A program made the translations under genes and the position numbers. DNA of 64,000 nucleotides, taken from the NCBI RefSeq assembly GCF_044704955.1, contig NC_091995.1, forward strand, positions 44,950,001-45,014,000. The letters are read 5' to 3'. This DNA is from Pristiophorus japonicus. Lineage: Eukaryota. This document shows, in pieces, positions 33,301 through 46,251 of the stretch. Under the pieces are notes generated by a model, which was not told where the DNA came from, did not search any database, and was given only the letters and a program-made list of their open reading frames with translations. Each line of letters begins with the position of its first letter. Positions within the stretch are counted from its first letter, which is position 1.

Positions 33301-36300
33301 TGCCACCCAACTTAGTGTCATCCGCAAATTTGGAGATAACTACATTTAATCCCCTCGTCTAAATCATTAATGTACAATGTAAACAGCTGGGGCCCCAGCA
33401 CAGAGCCTTGCGGTACCCCACTAGTCACTGCCTGCCATTCTGAAAAGTAAAATTTACTCCTACACTTTGCTTCCTGTCTGACAACCAGTTCTCAATCCAC
33501 GTCAGCACACTACTCCCAATCCCATGTGCTTTAACTTTGCACATTAATCTCTTGTGTGGGACCTTGTCGAAAGCCTTCTGAAAGTCCAAATATACCTGGT
33601 TCTCCCTTGTCCACTTGCCTGGAAACATCCTCAAATAATTCCAGAAGGTTTGTCAAGCATGATTTCCCTTTCACAATTCCTTGCTGACTTGGACCTATCA
33701 CGTCACCATTTTCCAAATGCACTGCTATGACATCCTTAACAATTGATTCCATCATTTTACCCACTACTGAGGTCAGGCTGACCGGTCTATAATTCCCTGT
33801 TTTCTCTCTCCCTCCTTTTTAAAAAAGTGGGGTTACATTGGCTACCCTCCACTCCATAGGAACTGATCCAGAGTCAATGGAATGTTGGAAAATGACTGTC
33901 AATGCATCCACTATTTCCAAGGCCATCTCCTTAAATACTCTGGGATGCAGTCCATCAGGCCCTGGGGATTTATCGGCCTTCAATTCCATCAATTTCCCCA
34001 ACACAATTTCCCGATTAATAAAGAGTTCCCTCAGTTCCTCCTCCTTACTAGACCCTCTGACCCCTTTTATATCCGGAAGGTTGTTGGTGTCCTCCTTAGT
34101 GAATACCGAACCAAAGTACTTGTTCAATTGGACTGCCATTTCTTTGTTCCCAGTTATGACTTCCCCTGATTCTGACTGCAGGGGACCTACGTTTGTCTTT
34201 ACTAACCTTTTTCTCTTTACATACCTGTAGAAACTTTTGCAATCCGCCTTAATGTTCCCTGCAAGCTTCTTCTCGTACTCCATTTTCCCTGCCCTAATCA
34301 AACCCTTTGTCCTCCTCTGCCGAGTTCTAAATTTCTCCCAGTCCCCGGGTTCACTGCTATTCCTGGCCAATTTGTATGCCACCTCCTTGGCTTTAATACT
34401 AGCCCTGATTTCCCTTGATAGCCACGGTTGAGCCACCTTCCCTTTTTTATTTTTGCACCAGACAGGAATGTACAATTGTTGTAATTCATCCATGCGGTCT
34501 CTAAATATCTGCCATTGCCCATCCACAGTCAACCCCTTAAGTATCATTCGCCAATCTATCCTAGCCAATTCACGCCTCATACCTTCAAAGTTACCCTTCT
34601 TTAAGTTCTGGACCATGGTCTCTGAATTAACTGTTTCATTCTCCATCCTAATGCAGAATTCCACCATATTATGGTCACTCTTCCCCAAGGGGCCTCGCAC
34701 AATGAGATTGCTAATTAATCCTCTCTCATTACACAACACCCAGTCTAAGATGGCCTCCCCCCTAGTTGGTTCCTCGATATATTGGTCCAGAAAGCCATCC
34801 CTTATGCATTCCAGGAAATCCTCCTCCACCGTATTGCTTCCAGTTTGGCTCGCCCAATCTATGTGCATATTAAAGTCACCCATTATAACTGCTGCACCTT
34901 TATTGCATGCACCCCTAATTTCCTGTTTGATACCCTCCCCAACATCACTACTACTGTTTGGAGGTCTGTACACAGCTCCCACTAACGTTTTTTGCCCTTT
35001 GGTGTTCTGCAGCTCTACCCATATAGATTCCACATCATCCAAGTTAATGTCCTTCCTAACTATTGCATTAATCTCCTCTTCAACCAGCAATGCTACCCCA
35101 CCTCCTTTTCCTTTTATTCTATCCTTCCTGAATGTTGAATACCCTTGGATGTTGAGTTCCCAGCCCTGATCATCCTGGCGCCACGTCTCTGTAATCCCAA
35201 TCACATCATATTTGTTAACATCTATTTGCACAGTTAATTCATCCACCTTATTGCGGATACTCCTTGCATTAAGACACAAAGCCATCAGGCTTCTTTTTTT
35301 TAACACCCTTTGTCCTTTTAGAATTTTGCTGTACAGTGGCCCTTTTTGTTCTTTGCCTTGGATTTCTCTGCCCTCCACTTTTCCTCATCTCCTTTCTGTC
35401 TTTTGCTTTTGCCTCCTTTTGTCTCCCTCTGTCTCCCTGCATTGGTTCCCATCCCCCTGCCATATTAGTTTAACTCCTCTCCAACAGCACTAGCAAACAC
35501 TCCCCCTAGGACATTGGTTCCGGTCCTGCCCAGGTGCAGACCGTCCGGTTTGTACTGGTCCCACCTCCCCCAGAACCGGTTCCAATGCCCCATGAATTTG
35601 AATCCCTCCCTGCTGCACCACTGCTCAAACCACGTATTCATCTGAGCTATCCTGCGATTAGCAGATGGAGTCAAACGTTGTAAACTGTGAGGTTACGCAT
35701 ATTGGCAAAAAAAAAATCAAAGAGCAAGTTATGATTTAAATGGAGAAAAATTGCAAAGTGCTGCAGTACAGCAGGACCTGGGGTCCTGATGCATGAAACA
35801 CAAAAGGTTAGTATGCAGGTAAAGCAAGTGATCAGGAAGGCCAATGGAATCTTGGCCTTTATTGCAAAGGGGATGCAGTATAAAAGCAGGGAAGTCTTGC
35901 TACAGTTATACAGGGTATTGGTGAGGCCACACCTGGAATACTGCGTACAGTTTTGGTTTCCATATTTAAGAAAGGATATACTTGCTTTGGAGGCAGTTCA
36001 GAGAAGGTTCACTATGTTGTTTCCGGAGATGAGGGGATTGACTTCTGAGGAAAGGCTGAGTAGGTTGGGCCTCCACTCATTGGAATTCAGAAGAATGAGA
36101 GATGATCTTATCGAAACGTATAAGATTATGAGAGGGTTTGACAAGATGTATGCAGAGAGGATGTTTCCACTGATAGGGGAGAGTAGAACTAGGGGGCATA
36201 ATCTTAGAATAAGGGGCTGCCCATTTAAAACTGAGATGAGGAGGAATTTCTTCTCTCAAAGGGTTGTAAATCTGTGGAATTCGCTGCCTTAGAGAGCTCT

Positions 36301-36495
36301 GGAAGCTGAGTCATTGAATAAATTTAAGAGAGAGATAGACAGTTTCTTAACCGATAAGAGAATATGGGGTTATGGGGAATGGGCAGGGAAGTGGACCTGA
36401 GTCCATGATTGGATCAGCCATGATCGTATTAAATGGCGGAGCAGGCTCGAGATGCTGTATGGCCCACTTCTGCTCCTATTTCTTACGTTCTTATG
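30400..36495 (+). mobile_element. Older CR1 (ORF1 remnant, EN, RT, 3' end) split at ~32397/35658 by a younger antisense CR1
   Basis: ORFs 30655-32350 and 35789-36292; the RT sequence resumes across the insertion (aatttggca ... gcagatggag). Confidence 0.88.
32398..35657 (-). mobile_element. Young CR1: ORF1 SGNH-esterase C-terminus, 519-aa APE endonuclease frame, frameshifted RT, 3' tail
   Basis: KPDGLHL (35465-35657); CLNARSIRNK, ITETW, MGDFN and SDH in ORF 33819..35378; RT pieces 32489-33764. Confidence 0.96.
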
Positions 36496-38065
36496 TTGAT
36501 CGTGGAGTATTCGGCGATGGCAATGCCTTTGAATGTCAAGGACATGTGGCTAAATTCTCTCTTGTTTGAGATGGTCATTGCCTGGCACTTGCATGCCGTG
36601 AATATTACTTACCACTTATTAGTTCAAGCCTGAATGTTGTCCACTTCTTGCTGCATGCGGGCACGGACTGTTTTGTTATCTGAGGAGTTGTGAATGGAAC
36701 TGAACACTGCAATCATCAGCGAACATCCCCATTTCTGACCTTATGATGGAGGGTAGGTCATTGATGAAGCAGCTGAAGATGGTTGGACCTAGGACAGTGC
36801 CCTGAGGAACTCCTGCAGCAAGGTGCTGGGGCTGAGATGATTGGCCTCCAACAACCACAACCATCTTCACTTGTGCTAACTCCAGCCAGCGAATAGTTTC
36901 CCCCTGATTCCCATTGACGTCAATTTTACTGAAGCTCCTTAGTGCCACAGTCGGTCAAATGTTGTTTGTTGTCGAAGGCAGTATCTCTTACCTCACCATT
37001 AGAATCCAGCTCTTTTGTCCATGTTTGGACCAAGGCAGTGATGAGGTCTGGGCCAAGTGGCTCGAGCAGAACCCAAACTGAGCATTGGTGAGCAGGTTAT
37101 TGGTGAGTAAGTACCGCTTAATAGCATTGTTGATGACACCTTCCATCACTTTGCTGATGATTGAGAGTAGGCTGATGGGGCAGTAATTGGACGGATTGGA
37201 TTTGTTCTACTTTTGGTGAGCAGGCAATACTTGGGCAATTTACTACTTTGTTGGGTAGATGCCAGTGTTGTAGCTATACTGGAACAGCTTGACTAGTGGT
37301 GCGGTTAGTTCTGGAGCATAAGTCTTCAGCACTAGAGCTGGGATGTTGTCGGGGCCCATAGCCTTTGCTGTATCCAATGCACTCAGCCGTTTCTTGAGAT
37401 CACGTGGAGTGAACCGAATTGGGTGGAGACTGGGTTCTGTTTTGAGCTGCGAGATCTTTTCTGAATCTATCCCATTTAGCACGGCGGTAGTGCCACACAC
37501 CGCGATGGAGGGTGGTCTCAGTGTTAAGACGGGACATCATCTCCACAAAGACTGCAGTGGTCACTCCTGCCAATACTGTCATGGACAAATTAATCTGTGA
37601 CAGGTCGATTGCTGAGGATGAGGCAAAGTTCTCTCACCACCTGCTGCAGGCTCAGTCTGGCAGCTATATCCTTCAGGACTCGGCCAGCTCAGTAGTGGTG
37701 TTCTTTGTGATGGACATTGAAGTCCCCCACCCAGAGTACAGTCTGTGCCCTGGCTACCCTCAGTGCTTCTTCCAAATGGTGTTCAACATGGAGGAGTACT
37801 GATTCATCAGCTGAGGACGGGCGGTAGGTGGTAACCAGCAGGAGATTTCCTTGCCCATGTTTGACCTGATGCCATGAGACTTCAAGGGGTCTGGAGCCGA
37901 TGTTGAGGACTCCCAGGGTCACTCCCTCCCGACTGTATACCATTGTGCCGCCACCTCTGGTGGGTCTGTCCTGCCAGTGGGACAGGACATACCCAGGGAT
38001 GGGGATGGAAGAGTTTGGGAAATTGGCTGAAAGGTTTGATTCTGTGAGTATGACTATGTCAGATT
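36496..38065 (-). mobile_element. EN-RT portion of the second LINE family, degenerate
   Basis: DIVILTES, GGGTMVY, YRPS, VGDFN, KAMGPDNIP, GVPQGTVLGP, FADD. Confidence 0.88.
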
Positions 38066-39270
38066 GTTGCTTGATGTCAGCTCGTGGCTCAGTGGGTAGC
38101 ACTCTCACCTCTGAGTCAAATGGTTGTGTGTTCAAGTCCAACTCCAGGGACTTGAGCACATAAATCTAGGCTGACAGTGCAGTGCTGAGGGAGTGGCTGC
38201 ACTATTGGAGGTGCTGTCTTTTGGATAAGTCGTAAACCAAGGCTCCGTCTGCCCTCTCAGGTGGACGTAAAAGATCCCACGGCACTATTTCGAAGAAGAG
38301 CAAGGGAGTTATCCCCGGTGTCCTGGTCAATAATTATCTCTCAACATAACAACACAACAAAAAACAGATTATCTGGTCATTCTCACGTTGCTGTTTGTGG
38401 GAGCTTGCTGTGTGCAAATTGGCTGCCACGTTTCCCACATTACAACAGTGACAACACTCCAAAAGTACTTCATTGGGTGTAAAGCACTGTGAGACATCTG
38501 GCGGTCGTGAAAGGCGCTATATAAATGTAAGTCTTTCTTTCTTAGCCTGTGGGACAGCTCTCCCAATTTTGGTTCAAGTCCCCAGATGTTGGCGAGGAGA
38601 CTTTGCAGGGTCGACTGGGCGGGGTGTCCATTGTCCTGTACGGATCCAGTGCCGAGGTCGATGCTGGGTGGTCTATCCAGTTTTATTATTGTTATTGTTT
38701 TTCCTAGTGGCGTGATATAACTGAGTGGCATTTAGGAGTCAACCACACCTGGCCCGGTGGGTGAGGGGAAAGGAGAGTTAGATCCTTTTGAAAGATCCAA
38801 AGAGGTTCAATCTTTTTGAAATTGGTAATAATGCAAAATGTTTTTAAAAAAGCAGATCTGGAGGTGATGCATTGCAAACAATACAGGAGGGAGAAACTGT
38901 TTTGGGAAATAGACATGAAGTCCTGTGTCTGATTTCGCCCCCTGGGCTGTTTCCCTGCGCTAAAGGCGCTGCATCAATGCAAGTTGTTGTTGTTGTTGGT
39001 GGTGGTGGGCGGGGCTTCCTCCATTGTCTTTTCTCCCGCGCTCCCAGCGGCTCCTGGCAGTTGATTGGCCGCCCTGGTGAGGTGAGAGGTCAGCAGGCGG
39101 TGAGCGCTGGCCGGCGGTTGGTGCGTGCGCCGCCCCCTCCCTGTCTTCGCGGCTCCCGCTCTGTTTCCAGGCTCCTTCTCCCCGGGGCCCGCGAGCGCTC
39201 CCGCTCTGTTTCCAGGCTCCCCCCGGGGCCCGCGAGCGGCTCCCGCTCTGTTTCCAGGCTCCCCCCTCTC
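38066..39270 (+). repeat. Segmental duplicate, copy B (SINE, LINE 5' fragment, CpG-rich promoter-like block)
   Basis: Inverted relative to 1185-2535. Confidence 0.9.
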
Positions 39271-39410
39271 TCACGGGTCCCCGACATTTCACCAGTTTCA
39301 GGTAAAGCGGAGCATTTTCAGTTTCCATCCGAACAATTCTTTCTTCTCCGCCTGATGTTGCTGCAGACATTCCCTTTGGGTTGTCTGTCAGTCCTTGCTC
39401 ACATTGTCGG

Positions 39411-39572
39411 CCCCCGGCCCCCTGACCCTCAGTAACTGGTCCATTGACGCTGGGTCTCAGCCCCCGGCCCCCTGACCGTCAGTAACTGGTCCATTGACGC
39501 TGGGTCTCAACCCCCGGCCCCCTGACCCTCAGTAACTGGTCCATTGACGCTGGGTCTCGGCCCCCGGCCCCT
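39411..39572. repeat. 50-bp tandem repeat, 3 copies
   Basis: cccccggccccctgaccctcagtaactggtccattgacgctgggtctca at 39411, 39461 and 39511. Confidence 0.92.
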
Positions 39573-42049
39573 TGTCTCTCATTCCCCAGTTGCCCAGGCA
39601 CTTAATTTGTTTCCTTATTTCTCTTGTCTGGGTTTGATGGGATGTGAGAAGCTATTGAGTGAATTGTATTCGGTTTGGGAGCTGAATCAAAGACCGCTGG
39701 AGACCCTCGGACCATCCACCGCCCTCCTCCCCATCATCGCCCACAACTCTGACAGACGGCGGGCTGTCCTTCTCCAGTCTGGGCCATCTTCGAGAAATCC
39801 CATCACAGTCAGCAGCAGACCAGGGAGGGACGGCAGGTTCCCTTCCCTGGGGGACATCAGGTAGTATTTAAGGCAAAGATTCACAAGGCTGATACCAGAA
39901 CAGCGAGATTATATCCCTCAGAAAACACTGACCAGGCTGAGGCTCTTTTTGCTAGAAAAGAGAAGACTGAGGGGTGACCTGATAGAGAGGTATTTAAGAT
40001 TATGAGGGGGTTCAATAGGGCAGACTTAGAGAAAATGTTTCGACTTGTGGGGAGAGTCCAAAACTAGAGTGCATTAATATAAAGAAAGAACTGGCATTTA
40101 TATAGCGCCTTTGCCAACCAAACATCCCAAAGCACTTCACAGCTAATGGCTTACTTTCTTTTTGAAGTATATTCACTGTTGTAATGTAGGAACTAATAAT
40201 ACAAGATAGTCACTTGGGAATTTAGGAGAAATTCCTTTACCCAGAGAGTGGAGAGAATTTGGAACTCGCTCCCACAAGGAGTGGTTGAGGCAAATAGCAT
40301 AAATAAATTTAAGGGGAAGCTAGATAAACTCACAAGGGAGAAAGGAATACAAGGATATGTCAATGGGTTTAGATGTAGACGGGTGGGAGGAGGGTCGTGT
40401 GGAGCATAAACACCAACACAGACCAGTTGGGCAGAATGGCCTGTTTTTGTGCCAAACATTGTATGTGAGCTGGCAGATATCATGAGTGTTTTTGCTTGTG
40501 CAGCCCACCAGATTTATTCAGCTCAATTACACAACTTGCCATGGTGGGATTTGAGCTCGCAACCTCTGGGTTACTAGTCCTGGACCAGAACCGGTTCCTT
40601 CCTGTACCTGGGGGCGGGGGGAGGAGGGGGGACACATTGGAGAGGCCTCCACTATCATAACACTGCAAATCCTTTCAAACCAGTGCGGTGCTTTCAAATT
40701 CTGACCCGTGCCAGAGTCATCCAGTGGAGTGTGAAGGATAATCCTTTATTAGAATCATACAGCGTAGAAGGAGGGCTTTGGCCCATCGTGCCTCTGCCGG
40801 CTCTTTGAGTTATTCAATTCGTCCCACTCCCCCTATTCTGTCCCCAGAGCCCTGCAAATATTTCCCCTTCAAATAATTATCCAATTTCCTTTTGAAAGTT
40901 ACTATTGAATCTGCTTCCACCGTCCTTTCAGGCAACGCATTCCAGATCACAACAACTCGCTGTGTAGAAACATTTTCCTCCATCTCCCCCTCTGGTTCTT
41001 TTGTCAATGACCTTAAATCTGTGTCCTTGCCATTGGAAATAGTTTCTCCCGATCTACTCTGTCAAAGCCTCCAGAAAGCTGAAGGTCAGCTCTTGATTGA
41101 TCAGCTCCCTTCGCCCCCTGCACTGTGTTCCTTGGAAATATTTCAGAGAACCCAAACTGTGGTGGGCAGTTTTGGAGTGGGCATTGGGCACTGTGTGTCT
41201 CCAGTGTCACCAGCCTTCTCCTGCCCCTCTCCCGATGGTGCTGGGGAATGGGTTCCACCAGCTTCAAACGCCATTTGGCTGGTCAACCCAATAGACCCCT
41301 TTCTGGCCCATGCTATTGGCCCAAAGGTTGATCATGGGGACCTGTTGCAGGGCTCCAAGTAAAGGGATCCCATCTCTGGGCGCAAATTACGAGGGTGGTG
41401 GTGAAATTTATTTCCCCAGGAATCCTCCAGAGATCTAGCGAGTATTGAGAAGGAGGGCTGGAATGTTTGTCGGTACTGAAAAGGTTGCTGCCTTGATAAT
41501 CTGTCCCGGTGAACAATCTCTGACTGTAATTGCAGACTGAATCGAGCGGCCTGGGTTGTGGTCCCAGGTTGTTCATCAACAGGTCAGGATATGCATCAGC
41601 TGAACAAAGCTCGCTGTCCCATATACACAAGGAAACAAATCAACTCCGACCCCAAAACCAAATATTCAAATTCACTCACACCCCTCTGAAACATTTCAGT
41701 ATCATTCCCAGCTCCGCTCACTGGCTCCACACACTCTCCCCTCGCAGTCAGGAGATTTCACATCATAATCCAGGCCCACACACCCCAGTGCCAGTGCTGA
41801 GGGAGCACTGCACTGTCGAAGGTAGATGTATATACTCTAGGACTTGAGCTCCATAATTCAGGCTGGCACTCCTGGTGCCAGTAATGAGGGAATGCTGTAA
41901 TAGAAAGGGGCGTGATGGAGTGTGGCATGAGAGAGAGGGCCGCAATGGACCATGGCGTGATATAGAACTGCATGATGGAGCTCGGAGTGACGATTAATGG
42001 CATGACCAAAAGCGGCGCGAAGGAGTGCGGTGTGAGAATTATTATGCAG

Positions 42050-43130
42050 AGCAGGGTTTAGTATTATTGGGCAGGGGTTAGTATTATTGGGCAGGGGTTA
42101 GTGTTATGCGGCAGGGTTTAATATTATTGGGCAGGGGTTAGTGTTATTGGGCAGGGTTTTGTGTTATTGGGCAGGGTTTACTGTTATTGGGCAGGATTTA
42201 GTGTTATTGGACAGGGTTTAGTAGTATTGGGCAGGATTTAGTGTTATTGGGCAGGGTTTAGTATTATTGTGCAGGGGTTAGTATTATTGGGCAGGGTTTA
42301 GTATTATTGTGCAGGGTTTAGTGTTATTGGGCAGGGTTTAGAGTTATTGGGCAGGGGTTAGTGTTATCGGGCAGGATTTAGTGTTATCGGGCAGGATTTA
42401 GTGTTATCGGGCAGGGGTTAGTGTTATCGGGCAGGGTTTAGTGTTATCGGGCAGGGGTTAGTGTTATCGGGCAGGGTTTAGTGTTATTGGACAGGGTTTA
42501 GTGTTATTGGACAGGGGTTAGTAGTATTGGGCAAGATTTATTATTATTGGGCAGGGTTTAGTATTATTGTGCAGGGTTTAGTGTTATTGGGCAGGGTTTA
42601 GTGTTATTGGGCAGGGTTTAGTGTTATTGGCCAGGGTTTAGGATTATTGGCCAGGGTTTAGTGTTATCGGGCAGGGTTTAGTGTTATCGGGCAGGGGCTA
42701 GTATTATCGGGCAGGAGCTAGTATTATCGGGCAGGGTTTAGTTATCGGGCAGGGTTTAGTGTTATTGGGCAGGGTTTAGTGTTATTGGGCAAGGTTTAGT
42801 GTTATTGGGCAGGGTTTAGTGTTATTGGGCAGGGTTTAGTGTTATTGGCAGGGGTTAGTGTTATCGGGCAGGGGTTAGTGTTATTGGGCAGGGTTTAGTG
42901 TTATTGGGCAGGATTTTGTGTTATTGGGCAGGGGTTAGTGTTATTGGGCAGGGGTTAGTGTTATTGGGAAGGGTTTAGTATTATTGGGCAGGGTTTAGTA
43001 TTATTGGGCAGGGGTTAGTGTTATTGGGCAGGGTTTAGTGTTATTGGGCAGGGTTTAGTATTATTGGGCAGGGGTTAGTGTTATTGGGCAGGGTTTAGTA
43101 GCATTCTGCAGCGTTAAGTATTATTATGCA
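42050..43130. repeat. 20-bp satellite (GGGCAGGGKTTAGTRTTATT)n, ~54 copies
   Basis: Direct observation; G/T-rich strand asymmetry. Confidence 0.97.
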
Positions 43131-43139
43131 GGGTATATG

Positions 43140-43330
43140 TGTTTGATGGGACAATGTAGAGGGAGCTTTACTGTGTATCTAACCCGTGCTATTCCTGACC
43201 TGGGATTGTTTGATGAGACAGTGTCGAGCGAGCTTTGCTCTGTATCTAACCCGTGCTGTACCTGCCCTGGGAGTGTTTGATGGGACAGTGTAGAGCGAGC
43301 TTTACTGTGTATCTAACCTGTGCTCCAACT
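43140..43330 (+). repeat. ~67-bp tandem repeat, 3 copies (gtttgatgggacagtgtagagggagctttact...)
   Basis: Three visible copies. Confidence 0.8.
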
Positions 43331-45369
43331 ACCTTGGTAATACCTGGACTGGGAGTGGCTTGGGCTGCTTTGTGACATAAATCCTGGCTGCTCTTGTGAT
43401 TGGCTTAAGGCCAGCTTTTTCCAACATAATAGTTGAAATTAAAACATTTAAAAAATCTGTACAATAAGGTAAGGTTATTTTTAGCACCTTCAAAACATTT
43501 ACATTTATTTTTCAAAATAATTAAATTTTTGTTTTATTTAATTAAATGGCATTTTAATTAATTTTAGTTTCGCAATGTTTTTTTTATTTGATGTGTGCAT
43601 GTATTTTTGGGGTATTCCCATTCATACTTATGGTGTTTCTGTACATATGGAGTCCCCCGAGCAGGAATGGGGATCCCTTTCTTTCATTGGTTGGGCCAGC
43701 CCACGTGATCCCAGGGATGCTTGCGAACCACATGGACCTCTGGGATACGTGGGCCTTGACTGGCGCATACCAAGAGAGGCCCAGGAGCACGAGTCTCCGT
43801 GGATCCAGAACCATCAGGGAGGTCCTAGTTTTTTTGCCGGTCGTAGACGTCCGCCCCATGGGAAGCCTCCGACCACAAATTCAGGCCCATTGTATTTACA
43901 CAAGGGAGAGTGTAATTATAAGAACATAGGAACAAGAGTAGGCCACGTAGCCCCTCGAGCCTGTTGGGCCATTCAGTGAGATCATGGCTGATCTGTGACC
44001 TAACTCCATGTACCCACCTTTGCCCCATATCCTTAATACCGTTGGTTAACAAAAATCTATCAATCTCAAACTTAAAATTAACAATTGACCTTGCATCAAT
44101 TACCGTTAGCAGAAGAGAGTTCCAAACTTCTACCACCCTTTGCGTGTAGAAGTGTTTGCTAACTTCGCTCCTTCAAGGCGGGTCTCTAATTTTTAGACTG
44201 TTCCCCCAGAACACGATGGATATCCCGATCTTAGAGTGATTGAGCCCAGTTTTATACTTGACCTTCTTGTAGGCGTGGACAATTCACAAACAAAGTGAGT
44301 CGGTGTGAAGAGTGCAGGTCAGTTCGGTTATGACCTGTAACATGCGCAAATAAGAGGACTGCCCAGGTTGTGACTAGGACTCAAAGCTTACAAAGAGAAA
44401 ACTATTGTCAGAACAAGGCTAGCATAAGCAACGGGTCAACTGGGTACATGTACCCCATGAGATAAGGCAGTGGATATCACAGTAGAGAAGCATGAGACGT
44501 CTTAATGGAATGGGTATGTGGGGTCCGGAGAAAGCAGGCAGGGTGTCTGAGTCAGTGCCTTTTAACAGCGCGGAGGCATCTTGCAGGCTGCAGTCTATTG
44601 TTAGAAATCAGGGAATCCTAAAAATGTATCAAACTGTTATGAATATAATAAATTGATATGTATGCTTTGTTTAAATAGTTGTTTTGAATGGGAGACGAAT
44701 TGTCGATTGAAGATGCTCAGAAATGCTAATGTCTTTGTACCCTGCTGAGATATTATAGTATTGTGCACTATGACAACCATTAACTGTGGTTTTCAGGCAT
44801 TTTGCTATGCCGTAAAAACTAGTTGAGGTGACAAAGCTCTGGTTTGGGCCTCATAGTTCAAAGGACTAGGCTTTGTATTGAGGGAATAGGGAAAAGATAG
44901 ATGAAACATTTTCCAGAGGAAGAAATCCTGGGTTAGTATAAACAGAGAGATATCAAGTTGTTTGTGTACACTTGACTTGTGTCCTGAAACGTTAAACTAA
45001 TTAATAATTGTAGGCATCATTTCTTTACACGGAGAACTGGAACTAGCAAGATTTTTACTTGGTAAGTATTCAAGCAGAGTTGAAGATCTGATCTTAAATT
45101 CTCAATGACTGGGAAAAGCATTTGAACCATGCTGCCCGCTACTTGTCCTGTGGATTTTAGGGTGGTTTACTGCTCCCAGTTGGATTGATGAAAACTGCTG
45201 CAATCAACTTAATGCAAGGAAAGATCAGGACACAGTTAAAAAATCACGGGCATGATTTGCCCAATCAAGGGCATAGGAGTTCTGCTAAATTTCCGCTTCA
45301 ATAGATCGAGGCTACTCGGCTTTAATTTGAACTAAAGGGCCATTTTTTGAAACCGTTCAGACACTTGAG

Positions 45370-46010
45370 TGTGGAAATTCGATAGGGGCTCATTCGGGTG
45401 CAAATGGTGGCAGGACGGTAAGTTTTGCTGCAGGAAATGGTTTGCGTCTGCAGCCGAAAAATTCATCAGCTGGGCCCTGAGTGTGGAGCGGAGCGCTAAG
45501 GGAGGCGTTCCATATCTCTTTTAGGGCGCTGGGAAGGCTGAGCAACTGAAAATCCCCAGCTAAAGAGCCAGTCTCGGAGCGCCCAAAAAGAGGCTTCCCT
45601 GGGGAATAAACAAACGGCCAGAAAAACACAGAAACCATTCCCAATACCTTGCTCACCCCACATAAACATAAATCACAACAATTAAAAATAAAACATACAA
45701 TCGCAATTACCTTAGATAGTCATTCCTTACCTCACAGCCGCCGGTATAGCTGGGACAGTCCGCTTTCCCAGGCAGTCCCACTGGGGCAAGCAACAAGTCG
45801 CTACGGGTCCCCCAGAAAACAGATTTAATAACGGTGTCACAACCAGGGACGTTGCACACCGGCTCGCCTCTCCCGGGCGGTACTACTCTGCTACCCTGAA
45901 AAACCGGCAGCGAATGTCCCGGTGGGGCGCTGGAAGCTGGCCGCCCGCCCGGGAATGATTTCCGCCGCTCCGGGGCATGAACAGAAGCGGCAACGGACTG
46001 AAATTCCAGC
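45370..46010 (-). mobile_element. Non-autonomous interspersed element, homologous to 54401-55505
   Basis: Shares cagctgggccctgagtgtgg, taaagagcc, attcccaatacc and gcaacggactgaaa blocks in reverse complement. Confidence 0.75.
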
Positions 46011-46086
46011 GCAAAGTTTTTTTTTATTGTCTGTTGCTAGTTTCATAAAGATGAGTACAATACTTTTTTACTGGTATCATTACTAT

Positions 46087-46217
46087 GGGGTATGGTGAGA
46101 AAGCAGGAATGGGGTACTGAAGTTGCATGTTCAGCCATGAACTCATTGAATGGCGGTGCAGGCTAGAAGGGCCGAATGGCCTACTCCTGCACCTATTTTC
46201 TATGTTTCTATGTTTCT
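46087..46217 (+). mobile_element. Very short (~130 bp) young CR1 3' end
   Basis: Near-identical to 13660-13786, with (CTATGTTT)n tail. Confidence 0.9.
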
Positions 46218-46251
46218 AAAGCAACCGCAACACAGGTACAATATATAACTA

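Noticed and set aside
32398-35657. Active autonomous CR1
   Set aside because: 5'-truncated within ORF1, and the RT is split across several frames.
38066-38160. tRNA gene
   Set aside because: A/B-box-like sequence is the head of a SINE and continues directly into the Deu-domain core.
42050-43130. CRISPR-like array or true interstitial telomere
   Set aside because: No unique spacers, eukaryotic context and no (TTAGGG)n runs.
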